From a virus, in IMG/VR virus record IMGVR_UViG_3300045988_135453: DNA of 64,000 nucleotides. One strand, 5' to 3'. The notes under the pieces are model-generated. The model worked only from the letters and a program-made list of their open reading frames with translations. It was not told where the DNA came from and ran no database searches. This document shows, one piece after another, positions 44,432 through 52,804 of this stretch. The position numbers and the translations under genes are program-made. Position 1 is the stretch's first letter; each line of letters begins with the position of its first letter.

Positions 44432-44827
44432 TTAGAGGTTCAAGAACGTCTCTGTCCTGTAATGTCGGATCTTGCAATAGCAAAGACGCTGCATGCAGGA
44501 AACCAACATCCTGACAAACTCCTCAAGAGCTAAAAAGAGTTCGTTCAGACCTACTATAGTCACGGCTATACGCCAATAACATTTTCCGTTTCTGAATCTA
44601 CATGAGTGCTCTCTGTCTATGTAGAGATTCCTTACGTTACCAGGCATCCTTTTGTATATCATCTGGCAAGCGTCCCTTACAAGAAGAAAAGGAGCACCGT
44701 AGAACAGAAGAGTTGGTACATCAAAATTATCGCCCCGCATCAGCATGGTGTAGGCGATACGGTGCTTCTCCATACGCTTCTTCGGCACGAACGGCATCTT
44801 TATGTATGTGTCTTGAAGAGTGGGCAT
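44432..44827 (-). CDS. hypothetical protein (131 aa)
   Basis: ATG ORF abutting the exonuclease gene. Confidence 0.5.
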   Translation of the reverse strand: MPTLQDTYIKMPFVPKKRMEKHRIAYTMLMRGDNFDVPTLLFYGAPFLLVRDACQMIYKRMPGNVRNLYIDREHSCRFRNGKCYWRIAVTIVGLNELFLALEEFVRMLVSCMQRLCYCKIRHYRTETFLNL

Positions 44828-44828
44828 T

Positions 44829-45578
44829 TTACTTTTGTACTTTATTTCTTATATCTTCGATTATTTTTTTAGCCGCGTCCGGGTCGGACGTATCTAAAAG
44901 TCTTTTTACCATACCCGACAGCTGCCAGGTTGTATAGATGCTGCGCTTGCAATCGTACACAGGACTATGAACAACACCGTTCTTCTCTTTGTAATCGCTC
45001 ACCAAAGCATAAGGTGAACGTTTCTGTAGAAACATATAATCAGAGATGACGGTCTTCTGTTCAAGGACTTTGTAGATAAGGTCGCCAACTTCATATATAT
45101 ACGTCCTGTGATCACGGAAATGTGTATGTTGCACAGGTAAGGCGTAAACAAGACGCGAACAGAGGTTGCGAAGAATGGCAATATCAAAATCCGTTCCCTG
45201 TGCCCACAAATGAACCTCCTTTTCCCCTAACACTTCCTTGACTGAATTGATCCAGTCAAAAAAACCTAAGATAACCATCTGAATGGGATAACAAGGCATG
45301 TCATCATTGTCGGATGCGGTCAGCTCGTTTTTTGCTTCCTGCGATTGTGAGGCCCACCAGTCAGATGTTTTCTTCTCGAACGTAAAGCCGCCGAGCACCC
45401 AAAGGCTTCGAAGATCCACATGATAATAGTAACTGAAAAAAGGATCTTCTTTCTTCTCGTCGTTTAGAAGAAACGGAGTATCCTCGGCATCTTTCTTCCA
45501 GGCCACAGCCCCAAGCGAGATCACGGCCGCCGTGGGGGCAAGGCCAGTGGTTTCTAAATCGACAGAAACATCAATCAT
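44829..45578 (-). CDS. DEDD-family 3'-5' exonuclease (DnaQ-like)
   Basis: 249 aa. Exo I MIDVSVDLETTGL, Exo II WAQGTDFDIAILRN, Exo III HSPVYDCKRS. Confidence 0.7.
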   Translation of the reverse strand: MIDVSVDLETTGLAPTAAVISLGAVAWKKDAEDTPFLLNDEKKEDPFFSYYYHVDLRSLWVLGGFTFEKKTSDWWASQSQEAKNELTASDNDDMPCYPIQMVILGFFDWINSVKEVLGEKEVHLWAQGTDFDIAILRNLCSRLVYALPVQHTHFRDHRTYIYEVGDLIYKVLEQKTVISDYMFLQKRSPYALVSDYKEKNGVVHSPVYDCKRSIYTTWQLSGMVKRLLDTSDPDAAKKIIEDIRNKVQK

Positions 45579-45595
45579 ATATTTTACGGTTTACT

Positions 45596-46102
45596 TTAAT
45601 CTATATTGTTTTGGTGTAGCGAGGTTTGTTCTGAAAAGACTTTTAGCAAAGGTAAAATGCCGATGCCTTCCCAGTCTTTCCATTTGTCAGACGTAAAACG
45701 GGTGCATGTCGTCCGCTCGCTCATTCCGTTCTCTTTCATGAAAGAAGCGAATTTCTTGCAAAGGCCTTGACCCTGCTCCTTGAGCTTTGCATAAAAACGC
45801 CCGTTATCTTCGTCCGCCAGCGAAAGAGGGAAATCCTCGGGGGCGTTCTGCTCAGGATAATAAAAATCTTCAATTTTCCGCTTCACCTCTGGCGACGCTA
45901 AAAATTGCCTTTTACATTCCTTAACACCTATCAATTCCCAAGCTGAAAAACCTTTTTGAAAGAACCTCTTATAAAAGGTCGCAATTGAAAAGCCCTTGGG
46001 CATCAAAAAAAGCAACAGTGCTTTTTTCTCTTCTGCTGACACGTCTTTTATGTCAATAGGTGTCCGAGGACCCGTTATTTTTCTAAAAATTTCCTTGGTC
46101 AT
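45596..46102 (-). CDS. hypothetical protein (168 aa)
   Basis: ATG ORF. First gene leftward of the divergent region 46103-46230. Confidence 0.55.
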   Translation of the reverse strand: MTKEIFRKITGPRTPIDIKDVSAEEKKALLLFLMPKGFSIATFYKRFFQKGFSAWELIGVKECKRQFLASPEVKRKIEDFYYPEQNAPEDFPLSLADEDNGRFYAKLKEQGQGLCKKFASFMKENGMSERTTCTRFTSDKWKDWEGIGILPLLKVFSEQTSLHQNNID

Positions 46103-46230
46103 TCGATTTTTAATTCTTAAATTTGATGCAAAGATATATTTTTAATATCGTTGTTGCAAATTTTAAAATCGTTTTAACAATTTCTTTAACTTATATTTAC
46201 ACTATAATCAATTTTTATAATATTTACGTT

Positions 46231-46935
46231 ATGAAATATCAGTACAATTTTGGGTTTTTGAAACAGTGGTTGGCTGCTAACCCGCAGCTTCAAGTCAAGA
46301 CTATACAGGCCGCGCTGGGTTCAAAATCAAGCAACAGTTGGAAAGGCTGGCTTAACGGCGAGGGAACTTTACCTATAATCAGTCTTCTTCGCCTGTGCAA
46401 TGCGTTTCAAATTCCACTGTCTGCCTTCTTCCGCGATGCCGACTCCAATGGCGAGGCTGCCGTTGTGCCCGGCACACCGACAATTGATGATGAACTTGAA
46501 CCAAAGGGCGGCTTTGACCGTGCGCCATCTGAGCGTCTGCCGGGTGAAAAGAGTTACCTTGACCCGCTTGATGTCGAGGTCTGTGCCACCACTATTCCAG
46601 GGAGAACGGTTAGACAAGACAAAAAAGAAAATGCAGTCGAAGACGAGCAGGAGGCATCTGATAACAAAGATGTAGCAGACACGAAAAATGATGATGCCGC
46701 GTTGCCTGCAAATCTGGGCAACATGAACAGCGAGAACCTTAAAAGTCTGATTAAACTACAGATGCAGCATGCCGCAATAGAGTCGCGCTATCTTGACAAC
46801 CAAAATCGGCTCCTCGACATCATAGCCGCACAGCAGAACCAGATCGCTAATCTCACTCGACAATTAAACAATTACGAGTTGTTGAAAGCAAGAGAATATG
46901 GCAGCGACATGGTATCAGACGAACTGAACAAATAA
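46231..46935 (+). CDS. XRE/cI-type HTH regulator with C-terminal coiled coil
   Basis: The track ORF starts at TTG 46123 in AT-rich DNA; the ATG at 46231 gives MKYQYNFGFLKQWLAANPQLQVKTIQAALGSKSSNSWKGWLNGEGTLPIISLLRLCNAFQIPLSAFF (HTH_3-like). Only plus-strand gene in this area, divergent from the replication genes. Confidence 0.55.
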   Translation: MKYQYNFGFLKQWLAANPQLQVKTIQAALGSKSSNSWKGWLNGEGTLPIISLLRLCNAFQIPLSAFFRDADSNGEAAVVPGTPTIDDELEPKGGFDRAPSERLPGEKSYLDPLDVEVCATTIPGRTVRQDKKENAVEDEQEASDNKDVADTKNDDAALPANLGNMNSENLKSLIKLQMQHAAIESRYLDNQNRLLDIIAAQQNQIANLTRQLNNYELLKAREYGSDMVSDELNK

Positions 46936-46936
46936 T

Positions 46937-46980
46937 CAAAAAAGCAGCCACCTGTTCATCACGAATAAGTGGCTGCTTTC
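46937..46980. terminator. bidirectional terminator between convergent genes
   Basis: AGCAGCCAC (46943-46951) / GTGGCTGCT (46969-46977) form a 9-bp stem. A6 upstream and TTT downstream on +, which gives a T6 tail on the minus strand. Confidence 0.7.
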
Positions 46981-47043
46981 GTATAACAAAGGGAACATGT
47001 GCTATACTTTAGTGTAACTTAACTTCATACGAAAAACAAAAAA

Positions 47044-47574
47044 TCATATTACATTACGTTCGTTGATGGCTGCCATCTTGCGACGATAAAACTCTTTCTC
47101 TTCTATCTTCGTTAGCGTCATGTCGGCACTTACATACGGCACGTCGGCATACCAGTAGCCTTGATACAGAAACACGATAGGCGTGCTGTTGCCGAAGGTC
47201 ATAGGCAATGGCAGGTTGTCTTTCGTGCGATTCGGTTGAAGGTTGAGTATGCCGAACAGCTCTGCCTCACTCACGACTGGCAGATTATTCATTTCTTTTT
47301 CTAAGTCGGTGCCTTCGATGGGGAAGAAGAACACTCGTCCTTCAGGCGACACCGCCCTGTCCCATCCGTCACGTTCGGTAGTGTCGGCAAACTCCACGGC
47401 TCCCACTCCACCTGCCATGCCTACGGGCGACTCGTAATAGTGCTCTGCTCCATGTTTCTTGGCCCAATCGAGAGCCTTCTGTTCGGCTTCTTGACAACGG
47501 TGCATGAATTTTTGCAACTCTTCGCCAACATCTGATATAGCCAAAATTTTGTAATAATAATGCAATTTCTTCAT
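47044..47574 (-). CDS. hypothetical protein (176 aa)
   Basis: ATG ORF, preceded by TCTATATTTTT (47576-47586). Confidence 0.55.
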   Translation of the reverse strand: MKKLHYYYKILAISDVGEELQKFMHRCQEAEQKALDWAKKHGAEHYYESPVGMAGGVGAVEFADTTERDGWDRAVSPEGRVFFFPIEGTDLEKEMNNLPVVSEAELFGILNLQPNRTKDNLPLPMTFGNSTPIVFLYQGYWYADVPYVSADMTLTKIEEKEFYRRKMAAINERNVI

Positions 47575-47617
47575 TTCTATATTTTTAATTAGTAATTATT
47601 AATTAGTAATTCAAACA

Positions 47618-47911
47618 TCATCGTAGCGCAGCGTAGATGACCGGTTCTCCGCATTCATCGTCCTTCATCTTGAAGCCCTTCGCAGCCAACTCCTGAAGAT
47701 ACAAAGCCAAAGGATCGCCCAGCGGACAAACTACGGCCTTAAAATACGAGCGAAGCTGATAGTCGGTAAACACGTCGCAGTCCTCACGCCAATGGTCCAA
47801 CGGCTTGTATTTTTCACAGAAGGCTTCTATCTTGGCAGGAATAACAAAGTCTTGCAAGGTAACTTCCGGCTGCTCGGTGTTTTCTATTATGTCTTGTTTC
47901 TTTCTACTCAT
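47618..47911 (-). CDS. hypothetical protein (97 aa)
   Basis: ATG ORF, co-oriented. Confidence 0.5.
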   Translation of the reverse strand: MSRKKQDIIENTEQPEVTLQDFVIPAKIEAFCEKYKPLDHWREDCDVFTDYQLRSYFKAVVCPLGDPLALYLQELAAKGFKMKDDECGEPVIYAALR

Positions 47912-47916
47912 GCCTT

Positions 47917-48498
47917 CTATCGTTTATTGTAAAGCCATGTACAAATTCCAACAACAGCTATCCAGAATAAAAAGAGTGTGATTAGATCAAAAGTTGATGT
48001 TGACTTTATCTCCTTCGTGTTCTTCTCCTTCACCACATTCGTGCTATCCTTTTTCGCCCAGTGGGTGCCAACGTCCTGTCTATTGCTCAACACTAAGCTA
48101 TCTATTGTGTGCTGCATCCGTGATATTATCTCTTCTTGATGCTTCAGTCGTGCCTCGTATGTGGCATTGCGCTCATAGTCGCCCTTGCGGTGTATTGTCC
48201 GGTCGGTGGTGGTGGTCTTGTTGCCCTGGGCATCCGTGCTCTCGGTCACTCGCTCGGTAATGGTCTCCTCGTTACAACCCTTGTCGGTCATGCTGCCGAA
48301 CGTATGATTCTCGTCCGTGACTATAACGGCGCTACTGTCCGTCCTCGTTTCCGATTTTGTCACGCTGTCCTTAACGATGGTTACGGTGCTATCACGCCGT
48401 TGCTCACTACTCCCCTGCTCCACCTTTCTTGAGGCAGCGCAGCTCGCAAACGTGATTACAGCCAGAAGCCATAATGTAATGATCTTGATTTTTCCCAT
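47917..48498 (-). CDS. lipoprotein with C-terminal transmembrane anchor (u-spanin-like topology)
   Basis: The track ORF starts at GTG 48555; the ATG at 48498 gives MGKIKIITLWLLAVITFASC|AASRK (lipobox-like). C-terminal TM LITLFLFWIAVVGICTWLY followed by NKR. Confidence 0.5.
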   Translation of the reverse strand: MGKIKIITLWLLAVITFASCAASRKVEQGSSEQRRDSTVTIVKDSVTKSETRTDSSAVIVTDENHTFGSMTDKGCNEETITERVTESTDAQGNKTTTTDRTIHRKGDYERNATYEARLKHQEEIISRMQHTIDSLVLSNRQDVGTHWAKKDSTNVVKEKNTKEIKSTSTFDLITLFLFWIAVVGICTWLYNKR

Positions 48499-48573
48499 GT
48501 GTTTTAATATATCTTGTTGGTTTCTGCATACAAAAGTAAAAAAAGTTGCTGACACAAACAGGACATATTAAAA

Positions 48574-48605
48574 CACCGCCTACCCTTGGGAATGGGTAAG
48601 CGGTG
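48574..48605 (-). terminator. terminator after the rep gene
   Basis: CACCGCcTACCC / GGGTAaGCGGTG form an 11-bp stem with one mismatch. TTTTAATAT follows on the minus strand. Confidence 0.6.
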
Positions 48606-48612
48606 TGAATTT

Positions 48613-50169
48613 TTATTGCTTTACGATCTTATATTTTAAGGTTATTGTCTTGCCGAATACCTTTGCCAAACATTTTTTAGTATGATTTAAAACGGCAACA
48701 TCCGTGAAATGTGCTTCTATCATTTCCACTTGGGCCTTGCTCGTAGCACCAAGACATACTGTACCGTTCTCAAGCGATATGTACCTAACCCTTCTCAAGT
48801 CAGAAGCAAGTTGTTTGTCAATTAAGTTTAAAAACATCTGCCATTCTTTTTCCCAAGGTTCCTCCTCAACTTCGGCAAAGTTAAACGTCTGCTGCCGTGG
48901 CTCGGGCTTCGCACTATGCTGCTTTATCCATTGCTCCATGATGTAAAACACGAACTCTTCCATCGTACCACTCCATCTATGCGGCTGCTCCACTGCCTTG
49001 TGCACACCATTATAGGCATACGTCTTGAAGTCGTTCCAAAGGTCTTCAGGAACACCGGCAACAAACGTTTTGAGCCGTTCTTCGTCGAGTGTAGGATATA
49101 GCGACATCAGCTTGGCGCACAAACGCTTTTCTGACGAGCCACGATGCAGTTCCAGATCTCGCGCCACACCCAACGGCGTGCGCTTGATATGAAACTTTAT
49201 CTTTTCCGGATTGCCTCGTTTTGCGCTGCCTCTATAAATAGGCTCGTAGCCTTTTTTGTCTGGGTCAACACACGAGAGCATTATCTCTATCTTGTTTTCC
49301 TCGCACAGTCGTTCCATGTCACCACGCGCCACATCCAACACCTGTTTGCGGAACTGTGAGAATTTTTGATATTTCTCAGTAGTCACGACCTTTGCGGGTT
49401 GCGTATCGTCGCTTTTCTCAACGTCTACCTTAAACATACCCAACGCATCTTTCAACTCATGATAGTCTATAACCGGGTGCATCTGCCCTTTGCTCGCATA
49501 CTTCATCAACAGGAGGTAAAGACGTGACGTGTAAGCCGAGTTGCAGAAATAGGCTATTCGTTCAAGATGATTGAAATATCCGTCCGTCATATCAAACACG
49601 GCTTTTGCTACCTCGATGTTGATCGTCACCTCAATATATCCGTCACGTCTAAACTTGCGCACCTCCTGTCCGTCCTCGTCTAACTTTGTACCGCTATCCC
49701 CCGAATAGTTAAGGTCTTCTCCTTCTCGCGACGTGAAATTCTTAGGAATAAATATCTTACTGAAGATAGGCATGTAGTCCTCACCTTTTCTAAGTCCTGT
49801 TGCTGGATCAAAACGCGGAAGGTGAAACTCAATTTTCTTCATTTGGTTTATCACCTTCACCGACTCGTCATAATGACTACTGTCTATACCAAAGTCAGCC
49901 AGACGCAAACGTATCGATCCCATCTTTAGCAGGTCTTCTTTCGTTATGCCTCCATTCGGACGTTCTTTGCTCAAATATCGGTGCTCATTCAAGAACTTGG
50001 CAAAATGGTCTTGCAGTCGTCCGCTTACCAACAACATAACATCCTGCTGTATGAGGGAATAGCTTTTAGCGTATGATGTATAGTTGACGGGCGTGTTAAT
50101 CCAGCGCAGCTCATTTAGGGCAAGTTGTAGTTGGTTTTCTCTATCTTCTTTTCTCGCTTTCTTTGCCAT
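48613..50169 (-). CDS. plasmid-type replication initiator (Rep_3/RepB-like)
   Basis: 518 aa. ...LALNELRWINTPVNYTSYAKSYSLIQQDVMLLVSGRL... and ...FCNSAYTSRLYLLLMKYASKG... resemble iteron-binding Rep_3 initiators. The start codon lies 2 nt from the first iteron. Confidence 0.6.
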   Translation of the reverse strand: MAKKARKEDRENQLQLALNELRWINTPVNYTSYAKSYSLIQQDVMLLVSGRLQDHFAKFLNEHRYLSKERPNGGITKEDLLKMGSIRLRLADFGIDSSHYDESVKVINQMKKIEFHLPRFDPATGLRKGEDYMPIFSKIFIPKNFTSREGEDLNYSGDSGTKLDEDGQEVRKFRRDGYIEVTINIEVAKAVFDMTDGYFNHLERIAYFCNSAYTSRLYLLLMKYASKGQMHPVIDYHELKDALGMFKVDVEKSDDTQPAKVVTTEKYQKFSQFRKQVLDVARGDMERLCEENKIEIMLSCVDPDKKGYEPIYRGSAKRGNPEKIKFHIKRTPLGVARDLELHRGSSEKRLCAKLMSLYPTLDEERLKTFVAGVPEDLWNDFKTYAYNGVHKAVEQPHRWSGTMEEFVFYIMEQWIKQHSAKPEPRQQTFNFAEVEEEPWEKEWQMFLNLIDKQLASDLRRVRYISLENGTVCLGATSKAQVEMIEAHFTDVAVLNHTKKCLAKVFGKTITLKYKIVKQ

Positions 50170-50170
50170 A

Positions 50171-50253
50171 CCTACGTTTTTATTTACTTAAACCTACGTT
50201 TTTATGTACCAAAACCTACGGATTTGTTTACCAACTCCTACGTTTTTGTCTAC
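50171..50253 (+). repeat. four direct 17-nt iterons at 22-nt spacing (ori copy A, left array)
   Basis: CCTACGTTTTTATTTAC (50171), CCTACGTTTTTATGTAC (50193), CCTACGGATTTGTTTAC (50215), CCTACGTTTTTGTCTAC (50237). Confidence 0.9.
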
Positions 50254-50297
50254 TTCGTATGCTCTAACTCGTTGGTTTTCAGCTTCTCAAAAAATCT

Positions 50298-50381
50298 TTA
50301 ATATAATATAATTACAATCTATTATTTTATTCCGTTTTTAAAACAAAAAAAAATCCATATCTTATAATTATATTATATTAA
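50298..50381. repeat. 17-bp perfect inverted repeats flanking a 50-nt AT-rich core (ori copy A)
   Basis: TTAATATAATATAATTA (50298-50314) and its exact complement TAATTATATTATATTAA (50365-50381). Core at 50315-50364. Confidence 0.9.
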
Positions 50382-50425
50382 GAGGTTTTAGAAGAATTGA
50401 TTATCAGTTAGTTATCTACGGTGAA

Positions 50426-50508
50426 GTAAACAAAAACGTAGGAGTTGGTAAACAAATCCGTAGGTTTAAGTAAACAAATCCGTAGGAGTTGGTAAACAAA
50501 TCCGTAGG
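50426..50508 (-). repeat. four iterons in inverted orientation at 22-nt spacing (ori copy A, right array)
   Basis: GTAAACAAAAACGTAGG (50426) and GTAAACAAATCCGTAGG (50448, 50470, 50492). A partial fifth copy, GTAAACCA, lies at 50514. Confidence 0.9.
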
Positions 50509-50573
50509 TGTTGTAAACCAAAACAGCACACTTTTGTAGTGACTTGGTAAAAACTTTATTAGGATTTTACATA

Positions 50574-51131
50574 TTACAAGTCCTCGTTGAGTATCGCCTC
50601 GCTTTTTTCAAAGTTATCCATATCGGTGTACATCAGACAAATAGAAACACCAGACCCGAAGCTGGGCGTTTTCAATGATTGAAGGATAAAACCAATGCTG
50701 TTGCCACCTGTTTCGTCAGGAATATTAAACGCCAGTCCAATAACATCGCCGTCTGGACCTCGGTTTTCCTCGGGCGTGGTGTTAGGATATTTCCGTTGCA
50801 AACTCTCGGTTAAGTTCAAGAAGGGGATATGAGCAGACTCTACAGTTGGATATTGCATTTCAACCGCAGCACTGAACACCATTTTGCTTTTAGGATTATA
50901 AGCAACATTAATCGTAGCGTTCTCACCCATAAACGTGCCGTTAAAGACTCTACAGCCTTGCCCAGCTGCTTTCGACTTCGCTGCATCGTATGTCACGCCC
51001 TTAGCCTTCAGCTTCAAGGCAAAGTTGTCCACCGTTCCGTCTAATGGTATGCCCATAAACTTCATGTGCTGCTGTGCGCTTGCTGCCATACACAGGCAGA
51101 ACGCGAACAATACTGATATTATCTTCTTCAT
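50574..51131 (-). CDS. secreted protein of unknown function between the two ori copies
   Basis: 185 aa with signal peptide MKKIISVLFAFCLCMAASAQQ. No other motif recognised. Confidence 0.6.
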   Translation of the reverse strand: MKKIISVLFAFCLCMAASAQQHMKFMGIPLDGTVDNFALKLKAKGVTYDAAKSKAAGQGCRVFNGTFMGENATINVAYNPKSKMVFSAAVEMQYPTVESAHIPFLNLTESLQRKYPNTTPEENRGPDGDVIGLAFNIPDETGGNSIGFILQSLKTPSFGSGVSICLMYTDMDNFEKSEAILNEDL

Positions 51132-51146
51132 AAGAAATTAGTCTAT

Positions 51147-51407
51147 TACATTTGTTCCTATTTACGTTTTTATATGCCAAAACCTACGTTTTTGTTTACC
51201 AACTCCTACGTTTTTGTTTACTTCGTATGCTCTAACTCGTTGATTTTCAACTTCTCAAAAATTCCTTAACATAATATAATTATAAGATATGAATTTTTTC
51301 GTTTTAAAAAGGAATAAAATAATAACTTATAATTATATCATATTAAGAGGTTTTGGAAGTGTTAATTATCAATTAGTTATCTACAATGATGTAAACAAAT
51401 CCGTAGG
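51147..51407. repeat. second, shorter ori-like module (copy B)
   Basis: One degenerate iteron (51147) plus two exact iterons CCTACGTTTTTGTTTAC (51183, 51205). Same spacer TTCGTATGCTCTAACTCGTTG. IRs TTAACATAATATAATTA (51266-51282) / TAATTATATCATATTAA (51330-51346). One inverted iteron GTAAACAAATCCGTAGG (51391-51407). Confidence 0.85.
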
Positions 51408-51471
51408 TGTTGCAAACCCAAACAGCACACTTTTGTAGTGACTTGGTAAAAAGATTTAGTAGGATTTTACC

Positions 51472-51894
51472 TTACTTATTCCGCTCAACAAACTCATGTA
51501 TTGCTTGCAAAGCGAGGTCCTTCAACGTGCGCCCAGTTTGAAATTTCATCATTGTCAACTGCATATAGTCCTCCATAGGCACGTTTACGACGATGCCGTT
51601 CTCAGTCTTTTTCCCCTTTGTAGCAAATGAGGTGTCTGTCAGGGTTCTTCTATGATTACGCCCTTTGGCTGCTTGTGTCGAGGTGTTTTTGGCTCTATTC
51701 TCTGCTGCTTCACTCTCTTTATTATCGACTACTGCCTCATTCGTAGGCTCAGTTGTTGGTTTTCTTTCCGACTTGGCCACAACAGCAGAAGATTCCTCTT
51801 GCTGTGTACTCTGTGTCAAAAGGGGTGCTTCGCTGTTGTCCCTTATATCGTCTGCCACTTTTTTTACTGGCGAATCGTTCCAATTAAATCCCAT
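51472..51894 (-). CDS. ParG/RHH-like centromere-binding protein candidate
   Basis: 140 aa. Disordered charged N-terminal two thirds, then IVVNVPMEDYMQLTMMKFQTGRTLKDLALQAIHEFVERNK (strand-helix-helix pattern). Directly downstream of parA. Confidence 0.5.
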   Translation of the reverse strand: MGFNWNDSPVKKVADDIRDNSEAPLLTQSTQQEESSAVVAKSERKPTTEPTNEAVVDNKESEAAENRAKNTSTQAAKGRNHRRTLTDTSFATKGKKTENGIVVNVPMEDYMQLTMMKFQTGRTLKDLALQAIHEFVERNK

Positions 51895-51906
51895 GGTTAT
51901 CTCTTT

Positions 51907-52749
51907 TTATTGATTCTTGAATGTGTCAACTATTTCTTTTGCAAACGCCTCATAGCTCTGAGCTGCGTCACAGTCGGGAGCATAAGTGAAGATGTCCTGC
52001 ATCATCGCCTGGGCTTCCACAATCTTTGTGCGACGCGGAATCTCTGTCTTGAACACATAACTGCCGTATTCCTCATCAATATGTTTCGAGAAGCCCACGC
52101 TTGCCTTTGTGCGCTTGTCAACCATCACCTTCAGCAGTCCGCGAAGTTCAAGGTTGGGGTTAATCTCGTTTCTCACTTCCTTTGCCCAGTGTATCACGCT
52201 TGACGAGCCAAATGTTGGCAGCGCTTCAAGCTGCATGGGGATGATGATGCCTGTTGCCACAGACATGGCGTTCTTGGTCACGAGGTTCATGGCAGGAGGA
52301 CAGTCGATGATGATATAGTCGAAGGCTTCTATTACACTCTGCTTGCCGCCTTTGTCTTCTGGGAGCACTACGGGTAATGCGAACAACTTACACAGCACTT
52401 TTAATGGGTTCAACTCACGCAGCAGAAACGGCTCCACGTTTAGCATGTCTTCAGATGAAGGAGCGATAAAAAGGTTGCCGTAATAGTCCTGCTTGTCAAT
52501 GCTCACCTGGTACACAGGCATCGCAGTCTTGTCTACCAAGGCTTCGTACATTGTGCCGTGCTTGTCCTGACGATCACGCCAGCCGCACAGCAACGAAACG
52601 TTCGCAACCTGAGCATCGAGGTCTACAATAAGCACTCGCATGTCTGGGTTCAGCTTGATCAATCCGCAAGCCAAATTGTGGGCAGTTGTGCTCTTACCCA
52701 CCCCGCCTTTGTCATTCACAATGGCGAGAACTTCTCTTAGTCTTTCCAT
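51907..52749 (-). CDS. parA: ParA/Soj-family partition ATPase
   Basis: Deviant Walker A LAIVNDKGGVGKSTTAHNLA, then VLIVDLDAQ. The track start 52758 is TTG; the ATG at 52749 (MERLREV...) is preferred. Confidence 0.9.
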   Translation of the reverse strand: MERLREVLAIVNDKGGVGKSTTAHNLACGLIKLNPDMRVLIVDLDAQVANVSLLCGWRDRQDKHGTMYEALVDKTAMPVYQVSIDKQDYYGNLFIAPSSEDMLNVEPFLLRELNPLKVLCKLFALPVVLPEDKGGKQSVIEAFDYIIIDCPPAMNLVTKNAMSVATGIIIPMQLEALPTFGSSSVIHWAKEVRNEINPNLELRGLLKVMVDKRTKASVGFSKHIDEEYGSYVFKTEIPRRTKIVEAQAMMQDIFTYAPDCDAAQSYEAFAKEIVDTFKNQ

Positions 52750-52804
52750 AATTATCAATATTAAAATGTTTTACGCTGCAAATTTAAGAATAATATTTAA
52801 CCTT

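Noticed and set aside
43765-44514. 249-aa plus-strand ORF overlapping the 5' end of the primase-helicase gene
   Set aside because: It is antisense to a 1242-aa gene with clear motifs, Arg/Leu-rich, and crosses the structured intergenic region.
46118-46125. TAAATTTG (-7 box consensus) as the promoter of the HTH regulator gene
   Set aside because: No TTTG -33 element lies at the expected 19-21-nt distance. It is plausible but not well enough supported to list as a feature.
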